64,000 nucleotides of DNA. It comes from Eledone cirrhosa. Lineage: Eukaryota. Positions 1 to 14,072 of this stretch are shown piece after piece. The stretch is from the NCBI GenBank assembly GCA_964016885.1, contig OZ024761.1:9982001-10046000 (forward strand), read 5' to 3'. Position 1 is the stretch's first letter. Each line of letters begins with the position of its first letter. The notes beneath the pieces are model-generated. The model searched no databases. It was given only the letters and a program-made list of their open reading frames with translations, and had not been told where the DNA came from. The translations under genes were made by a program, and so were the position numbers.

Positions 1-139
1 ATGTGTATGTTGATGAATGTGTGTGTATTCAAAGTTTAAAACAAAGTGAAACATGTTTAACACAAAAGATAATTTACATGTGGAGGAATTAAGAGAGTAG
101 TAAGAACGTAACACAACACCCCACCCACCTCCAGCTATT

Positions 140-1115
140 CTGTCAACTTCAGGGGTCAATATAATAAATGCAAGGTCAGGGTCCCCCTGAATTCAAAGCC
201 ACCCAGGTTCAATTTTGTTGTACATCCTTTCGGAGTCAATAAAATAAATACAAGACCAGGGTCCCCCTAATTCAAACCCATCCAAGTTCAACTTTGACTT
301 TCACCCTTTCGGGGGTCAATAACACAAACAATATACTAGGGAGCTGAATTCAAACCCAGCCGAGATCAACTTAGCCGGTCATCCTTTCGGAGTCAATAAA
401 ATAGATACAAGACCAGGGAATTGAATTCAAACCCAGCCAGGTTCAACTTGGCTTTTCATCTTTTCGGGGTCAATATAATAAACATTGGACTAGGGACCAG
501 AATTCAAACCCAGCCAAGTTCATCTTTGCCATTCATCCTTTCGGGGGTCAATAAAACAAACATTAGACCAAGGACCAGAATTCAAACCCAGCCAAGTGCA
601 TCTTTGCCCTTCATCCTTTCGGGGGTCAATAAAACAAACATTAGACCAAGGACCAGAATTCAAACCCAGCCAAGTGCATCTTTGCCCTTCATCCTTTCGG
701 GGGTCAATAAAACAAACATTAGACCAAGGACCAGAATTCAAACCCAGCCAAGTGCATCTTTGCCCTTCATCCTTTCGGGGGTCAATAAAACAAACATTAG
801 ACCAAGGACCAGAATTCAAACCCAGCCAAGTGCATCTTCGCCCTTCATCCTTTCGGGGGTCAATAAAACAAACATTAGACCAAGGACCAGAATTCAAACC
901 CAGCCAAGTGCATCTTTGCCCTTCATCCTTTCGGGGGTCAATAAAACAAACATTAGACCAAGGACCAGAATTCAAACCCAGCCAAGTGCATCTTCGCCCT
1001 TCATCCTTTCGGGGGTCAATAAAACAAACATTAGACCAAGGACCAGAATTCAAACCCAGCCAAGTGCATCTTCGCCCTTCATCCTTTCGGGGGTCAATAA
1101 AATAAACATTAGACA
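140..1115 (+). repeat. 78-bp tandem repeat derived from a SINE body
   Basis: Eight near-identical units from ~497 (ccagaattcaaacccagccaagtgcatctttgcccttcatcctttcgggggtcaataaaacaaacattagaccaagga) plus ~5 diverged units upstream. The unit resembles the SINE segment gttcaaatcccgcc...ttaactttgcctttcatccttacggggtcaataaaataaagtaccag seen at 26784-26850. Confidence 0.85.
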
Positions 1116-1497
1116 AGGGTAGTGAATTCGTTATTGGTAGAATCGTTAGAATGCCGTGTGCGATGGCTAGCGGTGTTTGTTCATACACCAACCATATACG
1201 TAAAAGCCTAGCGGCCAAGTTAGGGATTTACTAAGGCCCTGTCTCATCATTAGATTATCACCTCCCACCACCACCTTCTCCCACGCCTCTTCGCTCTATC
1301 GGTGTCGCTCTACATAAACACAACAGTACTACAGGTACTAATGTGTTTAGCACGTTCAGGGTTGCTCTTCAAATGTAAACAAGTGTGTGTCTGTGACATC
1401 CTCTCTCACTCATAAAGACGTGAGCAGCACTGTCTGGTAGTTACACACACACACACACACACATACACAAATACACACACACACATACATACACAAT

Positions 1498-1554
<57 letters not shown>

Positions 1555-1618
1555 AAATATTAAAAATGGGAAATATTTTCATAACCAAAGTGTGTGTGTG
1601 TGTGTATGAATATATGTT

Positions 1619-1670
<52 letters not shown>

Positions 1671-1673
<3 letters not shown>

Positions 1674-2033
1674 AAATGAAAATCTGAAGGCAAGGTAAAA
1701 TTCTAATCATTTTAATCACGACACATGTTTCAATAAGAGATAGATCGATCGTAAAGCCATGATCAATTATCACTGATCTCATCAGGTGAAAATGAATTCT
1801 CTTCAAATTCTTGATATGAGGTATTTCTGACTTCTGAATCTTCATAAATAAACTCTGTGAGTGAACATTGCTAATTTTCTCCCTCATATCAAGAATTTGA
1901 AGAGAATTCATTTTCACCTGATGAGATCAGTGATAATTGATCATGGCTTTACGAGCGATCTATCTCTTATTGAAACATGTGTCGTGATTAAAATGATTGG
2001 AATTTTACCTTGCCTTCAGATTTTCATTTTGAT
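1671..2033. repeat. ~150-bp near-perfect inverted repeat (fold-back) next to (TA)n, carrying a degenerate hammerhead-like core
   Basis: 1671-1821 is the reverse complement of 1882-2033 with few mismatches and a ~60-bp spacer. The arm reads ttcac-CTGATGA...GAAACATGTGTC-gtga. Confidence 0.85.
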
Positions 2034-2287
2034 ACTTATACTCCGTTTTACATCATCTAGCTGTTCCCTTGAATGGAATTGGAGATTTAGAAAAGCGTGG
2101 AGAACTTAATATTGCTAAAGTTATTGGACCGTTTTACACAACCAATAATACACCTTACTATATAACAACTATATATATACATATATATATGTATGTATGT
2201 ATGTATATATATATGCTTACATACATTCATAAAGTCGTGGTAAATATATATAAATATATATACAGTATATATATTTATATATATACA

Positions 2288-2326
<39 letters not shown>

Positions 2327-2399
2327 GTGGGCTTCGTAGACTCAAATATATAGATATACACGTGTTTAAATACACACACACACATTAAGGTATATTTAG

Positions 2400-2856
<457 letters not shown>

Positions 2857-3005
2857 CTAATTAATGGAATGTCTAATTAAACGAGACAGATTGAGGTCCT
2901 GACGTTAATTTTAACATGTTAATTAATTGCCTTCTTAATGATCACTAGATATATATATGTGTGGCAATATACATACACACACACACACACACATATATAT
3001 ATATG

Positions 3006-3040
<35 letters not shown>

Positions 3041-3238
3041 TGCCATACACATATATATATCTAGTGATCATTACATAATATATCTTATATATATCATATA
3101 TACATATATATATATATATATGTATATACATATATATACATATACACATATATATACATGTATATGTATGTGTATATAAATGTAGATATATATATATATA
3201 TATATATATCCATATATATATATATGTGTGTGTGTATA

Positions 3239-3351
<113 letters not shown>

Positions 3352-3472
3352 ATGTGAGTGAGTGTGTAAATATTTATATCTTATACATATATAAAGTATG
3401 TGTGAGTAGGGGTTCCCATATGTGTACGTGCGCGTGTCTTGTGAAAAAGAGAGAGATTAAATTGATGGAAGG

Positions 3473-3532
<60 letters not shown>

Positions 3533-3545
3533 TAAAATATCAACA

Positions 3546-3606
3546 TTATCATATATATTTCGAAGGCACTGTGTTGTTGTTTTTCCAGTACGTCCTCGTC
3601 AGATAA
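3546..3606 (-). ncRNA. Degenerate type-I hammerhead ribozyme motif
   Basis: Minus strand: ttat-CTGACGA-GGACGTACTG...CAGTGCCTTC-GAAA-TATATA-TG-ataa. Stems I and II pair but the cleavage triplet reads AUG, so it is probably inactive. Confidence 0.45.
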
Positions 3607-3672
3607 AATATATGATTTGATATATGACATACCTCTACGGTCTTGATATTTCAATTCCAGTATTGGGAGTAA

Positions 3673-3794
<122 letters not shown>

Positions 3795-3920
3795 GAAAAA
3801 GTGGAGAATAACATGGTCAACAGTACAAAAAAGGGGATTTATTTGCAGTCTGACGATTGTTTCACTGATAAAGTTGTCTACAAATTGCTAAACACTAAAA
3901 GCAGTGCCACTCAATTTTAA

Positions 3921-4043
<123 letters not shown>

Positions 4044-4391
4044 GACATATAGATAGATAGATAGAGGGAACTGGAATATCGCTAAGTTCTCTTGGGTTCA
4101 TAGAAACCCCAGTGTTTCGTAAAAAAAAGATTCTGGATTCCATATCATAAAAGTTGATCGTATTTTTTTTTTTTTTTTTTTTTATATATGAATAAAGTTT
4201 ATTGGAAAAACAAGTTTGTTTCACTAAAAGTAGGAGGGTTGGTCCTTGAAATATGGGAGTGGGTGCCATGGCTATTATTTATTTTATTTTTGGGTGGTGG
4301 TGGTGGTAGTGGAGGTGGTGATGGGGAATTGGAAATAAGTTATTCAACAAAATAAGTTTAAGAACCACTCACATACTGACAGACAGTCAAA

Positions 4392-4423
4392 CAGATAACT
4401 AGATAGATAGATAGATAGATAAC

Positions 4424-4458
<35 letters not shown>

Positions 4459-4459
4459 C

Positions 4460-4550
<91 letters not shown>

Positions 4551-4558
4551 TGATTGAT
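4392..4558. repeat. (GATA)n microsatellite
   Basis: Direct reading. Confidence 0.9.
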
Positions 4559-4577
4559 AAATATGTTTCTTTATTAA

Positions 4578-4766
4578 TGTTTCTACTATTGGCACAAGGC
4601 CAGCAATTATCCCAGTACATTACTGGTACTTTATTTTATTGACCCCGTAAGGATGAAAGGCAAAGTTAACCTCGGCGGGATTTCAACTCAGAACGTAAAA
4701 GGCCATAACTCTATGCTGCAAAGCATGGTTTTTTTACACTCTACTGATACTGCCAATCCACCACGC
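4578..4766 (-). mobile_element. tRNA-derived SINE, family A
   Basis: Minus strand has A box TGGCAGTATCAG and B-box-like GAGTTGAAATCCC, followed by the body shared with the copy at 26708-26893. Confidence 0.8.
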
Positions 4767-4793
4767 TACAGATAGATGTGTATAGATATATCA

Positions 4794-4935
<142 letters not shown>

Positions 4936-5009
4936 GGCAGGGGGGGGAGATACATAGATAGTTTAAAAGTACAGATTAAAAGTTTAGGCAAATAATTTCT
5001 TCTTTCAGC

Positions 5010-5046
<37 letters not shown>

Positions 5047-5049
5047 CAT

Positions 5050-5084
<35 letters not shown>

Positions 5085-5294
5085 CACACACATATATATA
5101 CCATATATACACACACATATATATACCATATATACACACACATATGAATGAAAACTTACCGGGGTTACAGGTCTTCGCGTGTAAAATATCCTCGTTGGAT
5201 GTAATACCAATATAATATAATATAATATATAATACAGTATATATATATATATTCCAAGAACCACTGGACTACTGCGGCCGTAACTCTGTGTGAA

Positions 5295-5820
5295 TGTGTA
5301 TATAGTATTCTTATAGATGCGTGTATGTGTATATAGTATTCTTATAGATGCGTGTATGTGTATATAGTATTCTTATAGATGTGTGTATGTGTATATAGTA
5401 TTCTTATAGATGTGTGTATGTGTATATAGTATTCTTATAGATGTGTGTATGTGTATATAGTATTCTTATAGATGCGTGTATGTGTATATAGTATTCTTAT
5501 AGATGTGTGTATGTGTATATAGTATTCTTATAGATGCGTGTATGTGTATATAGTATTCTTATAGATGCGTGTATGTGTATATAGTATTCTTATAGATGCG
5601 TGTATGTGTATATAGTATTCTTATAGATGTGTGTATGTGTATATAGTATTCTTATAGATGTGTGTATGTGTATATAGTATTCTTATAGATGCGTGTATGT
5701 GTATATAGTATTCTTATAGATGCGTGTATGTGTATATAGTATTCTTATAGATGCGTGTATGTGTATATAGTATTCTTATAGATGCGTGTATGTGTATATA
5801 GTATTCTTATAGATGTGTGT
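5295..5820. repeat. 31-bp minisatellite (~17 copies)
   Basis: Unit tatagtattcttatagatgYgtgtatgtgta repeated head-to-tail. Confidence 0.92.
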
Positions 5821-5945
5821 AGGAGAGGTAGACTTCGCGTATATATATGTTGGGAGTTTGTCTGTGTATCTGTGTATCTGCGTATATATTTTCATTGATG
5901 AGTATATTGTCACACACACTACATACACACTACATGCACACACAC

Positions 5946-5979
<34 letters not shown>

Positions 5980-6104
5980 GTTGCGTGTGTGTCTCTGTAT
6001 TTGCGTATTCCTTCTTATTATGTATATGTGTGTGTTGTTTGTTGTGTGTGTATGTTTTGGTCACTTAGATTATCCTACGTGTGTGTTTATACAGTTTTTT
6101 TTTT

Positions 6105-6485
6105 GTGTGTATATATGTGTATATATTTTGTATGTGTATATATGTATATATTTTGTATGTGTATATGTGTATATATTTTGTATGTGTATATATGTATATA
6201 TTTTGTATGTGTATATGTGTATATATTTTGTATGTGTATATATGTATATATTTTGTATGTGTATATAGGTATATATTTTGTATGTATATATATGTATATA
6301 TTTTGTATGTGTATATATGTATATATTTTGTATGTGTATATATGTATATATTTTGTATGTATATTCGTCTGTGTATGTTTTGGTCGCGTAAATTATCTTA
6401 CGTGTGTTTATACAGTTTTTTTTGTATGTATATATATGTATATATTTTGTATGTGTATATGTGTATATATTTTGTGTGTATATAT
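6105..6485. repeat. ~25-bp degenerate minisatellite
   Basis: Unit atatattttgtatgtgtatatRtgt. Confidence 0.75.
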
Positions 6486-6802
6486 ATATATATATGTCAG
6501 CTGTGTGTGTGTGTGTAGGTTAATTACATAGAAATTATATATATATATGTGTGTGTGTGTGTGGGTGTGGGTGTTATCACTTTTTACCTCTGGTCAAGTA
6601 TGTATTTGTGTGCGTGTGTGTATGTATGTGCATGTGCTTATCGATGTGCTTGACCAGTGTGTATATGTATAGTTATACATGTGTGTGCGTGTGTTGTATG
6701 AATATGCGGCACGCGCGCTTGTGCGTGTTGCGTTGATGTTGAGATAGTTTGACCACCGTGCATTTACATATATATATATATATGTATATATATTTATATA
6801 TA

Positions 6803-6886
<84 letters not shown>

Positions 6887-6991
6887 TGTATGTATATATT
6901 ATATACACTCACTACTATATATCCGCAGCTAACGTGCTCATGTTTGTTGTTTTCTAATATGTATACACCGGAATGTGACAACGTGCGCGTG

Positions 6992-7085
<94 letters not shown>

Positions 7086-7207
7086 GTATATATGTATATA
7101 TATATATGTGCGTGTGTGTGTATGTTTGTATGCACTTATACGACAGTTTGTATCTAGGAGCGCGCTAGTGTATGCATGTGCGCTCGTGTATATGTGTGTA
7201 TATGTAC

Positions 7208-7268
<61 letters not shown>

Positions 7269-7475
7269 AATCTATTCAAATGTTCACATCCACACTAACA
7301 CAAGTTTCCATTTGCAGTGTGCAATGTGTTGTGTGAAATGTGAGTGAAAAGTAGACCGTGTTGAGTGCGGAATTGAGTGAAGTGTGGCTTGAGTGGAGTG
7401 TGGAACCGTTTGTCGAGTGTGCTGAAACTGTTTGTGTGTGCCTGTCAGTATGGCTGACTGCCTGTCTTTTACACA

Positions 7476-8343
7476 GTAGTTGTTGTAGTGGTAGTTGTTG
7501 TTGTTGTAGTTGTAGTGGTAGTTGTTGTTGTAGTTGTTGTAGTTGTTGTTGTTGTAGTTGTTGTTGTAGTTGTTGTGGTAGTTGTTGTAGTGGTAGTTGT
7601 TGTTGTAGTTGTAGTGGTAGTTGTTGTTGTTGTAGTTGTTGTAGTTGTTGTTGTTGTAGTTGTTGTTGTAGTTGTTGTGGTAGTTGTTGTAGTGGTAGTT
7701 GTTGTTGTTGTTGTAGTTGTAGTGGTAGTTGTTGTTGTAGTGGTAGTTGTTGTTGTTGTTGTTGCTGTGGTAGTTGTTGTAGTGGTAGTTGTTGTTGTAG
7801 TTGTATGTGGTAGTTGTTGTAGTGGTAGTTGTTGTTGTAGTTGCTGTGGTAGTTGTTGTAGTTGTAGTTGTATGTGGTTCCTTTCACTCTGACATCATAG
7901 GGATGACGGTGGGAATGTGGGGAGGCGGCGGGAGGCGGCGGGAGGCGGGTGTTCGGTGTTGGTAGAACACCGTAGTCGTAATGGTGGTGGCGGGGGAGGA
8001 GGTGGTACTTATGGTACTGGTGGCGGTGGTGGGGGGGTAGCACTTCAATCGTATGGTGGTGGTGATGGCATAATGCTTGTGGTGGTGGTGGTGGTGGTAA
8101 TGGTAGTTGTAGAAGTAGTGGTGGTGGTAGTGGTGGTAGTGGTGGTGGTGGTAGTTGTAGAAGTAGTGGTGGTGGTGGTAGTGGTGGTGGTGATGGTAGT
8201 TGTAGAAGTAGTAGTGGTGGTGGTGGTGGTGGTGGTGGTGGTAGTTGTAGAAGTAGTAGTGGTGGTGGTGGTGGTGGTGGTGGTGGTAGTTGTAGAAGTA
8301 GTGGCGGTAGTGGTGGCGGTAGTGGTGGCGGTGGTGGTGGTGG
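7476..8343. repeat. Compound trinucleotide repeats (GTT/GTA then GTG/GTA)
   Basis: Direct reading; gives poly-Q/V/H/T pseudo-ORFs. Confidence 0.85.
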
Positions 8344-8411
8344 ACTGTTGATGAGTTGCGGTATGTGGTAAAATCACCAGGATGATTTGTAGTAACATGC
8401 AGAGTGACACC

Positions 8412-8451
<40 letters not shown>

Positions 8452-8547
8452 GATGTGTGGACACACAGCCGCACACATACACACAGATGCACACACACAC
8501 ACTTGAATTCTCAAATATAAACATACAAACAAATATGCATACACACT

Positions 8548-8604
<57 letters not shown>

Positions 8605-8646
8605 GTATGTATACACATGCATACATCTATATATATATATATATAA

Positions 8647-8688
<42 letters not shown>

Positions 8689-8764
8689 CTATCTGTCATT
8701 GTCACTAATTATATATATATATATACATACATATGTATATATATACACATCGAGATAGGGGTTC

Positions 8765-9150
8765 ATACATGCATACAAACATACATACATTCACATATAC
8801 ATACATATATATACACACATACATACATATATATAAATACATACATACATAAATAATACATACATACATTCAAACATACATACATAAATAATACATACAT
8901 ACATACATACATACATACACACATACATACATACATACATACATACATACATACATACATACACACACACATACATACATACATACATACATACATACAT
9001 ACATACATACATACATACATACATACATAATACAAACATACACACATACATACAGACATTCAAACATACATACATAAATAATACATACATACATACATAC
9101 ATACATTCAAACATACATACATACATACATACATACATACATACATACAT

Positions 9151-9181
<31 letters not shown>

Positions 9182-9290
9182 TACATACATACATACATAC
9201 ATACATACATACATACATACATACATACATACACACACACATACATACATACATACATACATACATACATACATACATACATACATAGAT
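8765..9290. repeat. (CATA)n microsatellite
   Basis: Direct reading. Confidence 0.9.
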
Positions 9291-9739
9291 TCACACAAAC
9301 GTAAGGCGTGGTATTCACACCCACTTATTGTTTATTAGGGATAGAGAGAAAAAGAAAGAAAGGAAGCAGGAAAGAAAGGAGGCAAGAACGAAAGAAAGAA
9401 AGGAAGAAAGCAAGAAAGAAAGAAAGAAAGAACGGCAGTGAGAGAGAGAAAGAAAGAGAGAATGAGATACAAGTGTGAAGTAGAGAAGAAAAGAGAAGAG
9501 AAAGGGAAGTAAGCCGGATTACACACACACATGCGCGCGCGCGCACACCGGCGTACATGTACGCATATACAATACATGCACGCACGCATACACGAACTAT
9601 GTACATGTATACACACACATATATAAAAGGTCATACACAACACATACAAAAACAATCCATACACATGCACACGTGTTTGTTGCTCGTGCCTGTTATATAT
9701 ATATATATATATACATATATATATACATATATGTATATA

Positions 9740-9818
<79 letters not shown>

Positions 9819-9825
9819 GTATATA

Positions 9826-9929
<104 letters not shown>

Positions 9930-9962
9930 TATATACATATATATATATATATATGTATATGT

Positions 9963-10669
9963 ATAGAAAGATTTGAATGGATACAGTTTAGTTGAAAGGA
10001 ATTTATTGACACGTGTTTCTATAACAGTTACATAACCTAAAACAGCTATCTACAAACTTTTAGTTATGCAGACATTCAATATTTCAATGTTATTATTTAC
10101 TGTCATTTCATCAGAATAATATTACTGAGGACCTATTTAGTTTTTATAGAGAATATTAGGAGGGAGGGGTGAAGTTGTTAGAAGAATAGTTGAAGGAGTG
10201 GTTTTTCGATAGCAGTGAGAATTCTTGGTGGCAGTGAGTAATTAGATTCCCATCTGTTGTTTTGACATTTTTTATAGAATATATTATTGGTTATTTTTCT
10301 AAATCTATAGAAGGATTAGAGATAGTGAAGATATGCGTGGTTGGTCTTGTGTTTGCACTTAATTAACATTCAGACTTAAATTTTTCTTTCAAGTGTACGT
10401 ATCCTTTCACCCACGCATTCACACACAAATATATTTGCACACCTCTACAAAATACATATACACACAATTCACATATTCATACTTACATATATATACACAT
10501 GCATACACATATATACACACATGTATTTATGTACATACATACGCGCTCATGTGTATACATTTTCATACTCAACTTATCTTTATATACACACGTATAGACA
10601 CACACATATATACATACATACTCTAGTCCATGTGTACACACATACACATACATACACATCCATATACAC

Positions 10670-10707
<38 letters not shown>

Positions 10708-10710
10708 ATA

Positions 10711-10756
<46 letters not shown>

Positions 10757-10987
10757 CATACACATACACACACATACACACATATACATATATATATATA
10801 TATAAGCACTTTAATACATGAATACACTTACATCTAACTATACACATCAAACATATATATATATTTACTTATTTATATACATTTTCACATATATATACAT
10901 ACTTATGGACGTTTTTATGTAACTGTTATAGAAACACGTGTCAATAAATTCCTTTCAACTAAACTGTATCCATTCAAATCTTTCTAT
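9963..10987 (-). mobile_element. Decayed Penelope-like retroelement remnant with ~71-bp inverted ends
   Basis: 9963-10033 is the reverse complement of 10915-10987. It contains a hammerhead motif at 10003-10119, and minus-strand 10318-10378 translates (one frameshift) as KSE/MLIKCKHKTNH, resembling the C-terminus of Penelope ORFs and the YCNHKLK end of the ORF at 60457. Confidence 0.55.
10003..10119 (-). ncRNA. Type-I hammerhead ribozyme motif with long stem II
   Basis: ttatt-CTGATGA-aATGACAGt...(~90 nt)...aCTGTTATa-GAAA-CACGTG-TC-aataa. Stem I is 5 bp, stem III is palindromic (ACACGTGT), the cleavage site is GUC. Confidence 0.6.
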
Positions 10988-11119
10988 TTTTCTCCGGATT
11001 ACTTTTGGAACTACAACTGCAACCGTCGAGCAAACTCTACGTGAGCTGATAATCTACTGTGTGTAATATTTATATTACAACACAACGGAAAATACTGTAT
11101 ATGTATATGTATATGTATA

Positions 11120-11150
<31 letters not shown>

Positions 11151-11153
11151 TTC

Positions 11154-11253
<100 letters not shown>

Positions 11254-11411
11254 TGTATACATATATATGTATATACATATATATATGTATGTATACATAT
11301 ATATATATATATATATATATATGCGTGTATACATATATATGTATATACATATATATATGTATGTATACATATATATATATATGTACATACATATATAGAT
11401 GTTTGTATACG

Positions 11412-11473
<62 letters not shown>

Positions 11474-11563
11474 TATATATAAGTGTGTATATGCATATAC
11501 ATATATATGTACATATACATATATATGTATATATACATACATATGTACATATACAATATTAAG

Positions 11564-11920
11564 TACAATATTAAATAAATGGAAAACTATATTTATAAAA
11601 CCATATTTATTTCATTATATATATTTCGGGGATATCATATTAACAATATGCTATGCCTTCATCAGACAAAATACAATATAAACAGTTTTATAGATAAATA
11701 TATTCGACATACCGTAATAAACATCAACTTCATTTGAAGAGGTTTACGCTAGCAGTGTTAATATGATATCCCCGAAATATATATAATGAAATAAATATGG
11801 TTTTATAAATATAGTTTTCCATTTATTTAATATTGTAAATATACTCCAAATATTTGTCGAGTGTTTTTATATCAGTTATAAATATTTACTAGTTGTAACC
11901 CAACAATTTTAAATATAACT
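11564..11920. mobile_element. Fold-back hammerhead-bearing element (family D), probable Penelope-like terminus
   Basis: 11564-11645 is inverted at 11756-11837. The 3' segment is shared with 25110-25340, 62330-62633 and 62780-62990. Flanked by TA-rich repeats. Confidence 0.7.
11608..11673 (-). ncRNA. Type-I hammerhead ribozyme motif
   Basis: TATTTTGT-CTGATGA-AGGCATAGCATATTGTTAATATGATATCCCC-GAAA-TATATA-TA-ATGAAATA. Stem I is 8 bp (two G-U), stem II is a hairpin, stem III is palindromic. Confidence 0.65.
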
Positions 11921-11929
11921 TTACATGTA

Positions 11930-11982
<53 letters not shown>

Positions 11983-12264
11983 AAAAGGTAAACAGAAATA
12001 ACAGCACAATCGGTACAGTATATCGGCAAAAGTTAAGGAATTCAACTTTATTAAAAACAAGACGAAAACGCATTGAAAACTTAATCTTGAAAGAAAGAAC
12101 TGACAATGTTTACCTCTTGATCAGAACAGAATGTTACCGGTTTCACTTCTGTTAAGATATTCATATCAAAGTTTGTTTCTATGATACAACTTGAATATTT
12201 ACAAATAATTTGTAAAACAAAGTTGACAAATAAATTGACTAGATAATCAATGTGCTTTATTAAT

Positions 12265-12722
12265 TGTTTCCACTTTTGACACAAGGCCAGCAATTATATC
12301 AGTGCATTACTGGTACTTTATTTTATCGACCCCCGTGAGGATGGAAGGCAAAGTTAACCTCGGCGAGATTTGAACTCGGACCGTAAAAGGCCATAACTCC
12401 TATGTTGCAAATCATTGCGTCTGACCCTCTACCGATACTGCCAATCCACCGCCCTAGCATGGCGTCTGACCCTCTACCGATACTGCCAATCCACTGCTAT
12501 TTGAATAAGGATGTCTATTATAGGTCAGACATTTTGGGCGAGGGTAAAGTCGATTAAATCGACCCCAGTGCATTACTGGTGCTTTAATTTATCGACCACC
12601 GTAAGGATGACGAAAGGCAAAGTTAAGCTCGGCGGGATTTGAACTCGGACCGTAAAGAGTCATAACTCTGTGTTGCAAATCATGGCGTCCAACCCTCTAC
12701 CGATACTGCCAATCCGCCGCCA
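12265..12722 (-). mobile_element. Two tandem family-A SINE copies plus a duplicated head fragment
   Basis: Copies at 12265-12454 and ~12510-12722 each carry A box TGGCAGTATCGG and B box GAGTTCAAATC; a 41-bp head fragment is repeated at 12457-12497. Confidence 0.8.
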
Positions 12723-13432
12723 CATGTGTTTTATTAATAAAATCTTTTTTAAATAGTAAACAAATCTATTTCAAATAATAACAACACTACAGATATTTAT
12801 ATAAGGGGAAATGAAGGGAAGAGTAAGGGTCCTAGGATTACAGAAGGGTGGGAGGGAGAGAGGGAGGGTGATGGGCTCTAGGCACGGTGGTTTGGGGTGC
12901 TGCGCCCCGCGAACAAAGCCGCAAAAACGTTACAAAATTGACAAGGTCTTTAATTGTGTTTTAGTTATTAATTCTTTATCTGCTGTCAATATGTTAATAA
13001 CAAGTGAAACAATAGCACCCGAGATCTTATCGCAAGTAAAAACAACGAACTAACTTCGACTTGCAGACATATGACGAAATACCTTCCTGGAAAATTTCCC
13101 TAGAGGACATCCCTGATGGTAGATTGACGACAACCTACAATCTGCACCGCTGTCACCGCTGTCATCACACGACACCACGTGACTCCCACGTGTAAGGTCA
13201 GCTGTGTAATCGAACGAAACGACGCCTAGAGACTTTTAACCACTGTTTATGTCACCTAAATTAACACACGGAAACACATGCACACTTGCAGATAGATAAA
13301 CATATATACAGACAACACACACAGACACACACACATATATATGTGTGTGTGTGTCAGTGTGTCCCTGGATATATATTTATATATATGTACGTGTATGTTT
13401 GTATATAAATATGTACATACACACATGTACGT

Positions 13433-13565
<133 letters not shown>

Positions 13566-13570
13566 TATAT

Positions 13571-14003
13571 ATGTACATTGCTGTAGTGGAGTCTGTGCTG
13601 CTGTACGGGTCTGAGACTTGGACATTGACCAAGAAATTCACTCAGATGGTGGATGGGTGCTACACGAGAATGCTGAGGATGGCTCTGAACATTAATCAGT
13701 ATACACTGAGGATGAAAAACTCAGAGCTGTATGGGAGCATCCCAAAAGTCAGCTCAAAAGTGACACAGAGGAGACTGAGGTTAGCTGGACATGCTCACCG
13801 ACATCCAGAGTTGACACTGCACTCAGTGCTCCTGTGGGAGACCCTACATGGACACACTGGAAGACGAAGACCAAGGTTAACGTATGTTGATGCCCTAAGG
13901 ACAGACACTGGTCTGTTGGAGACGCAGGACATGGCAGCGATAATGAGGGACAGAGACCTCTGGAGAGGACTCGTCCATGGATCTCGGGAATTTTACCCGC
14001 CCT

Positions 14004-14005
<2 letters not shown>
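13571..14005 (+). mobile_element. 5'-truncated RTE-clade LINE 3' end inserted in (TA)n
   Basis: Translation [10 protein letters not shown]...RRLRLAGHAHR...GRRRPRLTYVD...RDRDLWR is the characteristic RTE ORF2 C-terminus; TA tracts lie on both sides. Confidence 0.85.

Positions 14006-14072
<67 letters not shown>

Noticed and set aside
421-1218. Three overlapping repetitive ORFs; CRISPR-like regularity
   Set aside because: A 78-bp tandem repeat open in several frames, with no unique spacers and no cas genes, in a eukaryotic context.
8344-8416. Minus-strand AGVTLHVTTNHPG would complete the split zinc finger with correct spacing
   Set aside because: No AG acceptor precedes it (it follows a (GT)n tract), it runs into low-complexity repeat, and it lies 19 kb away across an assembly gap. 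Likely coincidence unless RNA-seq shows the junction.
7276-8626. Poly-Q, Cys-rich (metallothionein-like), poly-His and poly-Thr ORFs
   Set aside because: Compound trinucleotide microsatellites open in multiple frames on both strands, with no splice or domain support.
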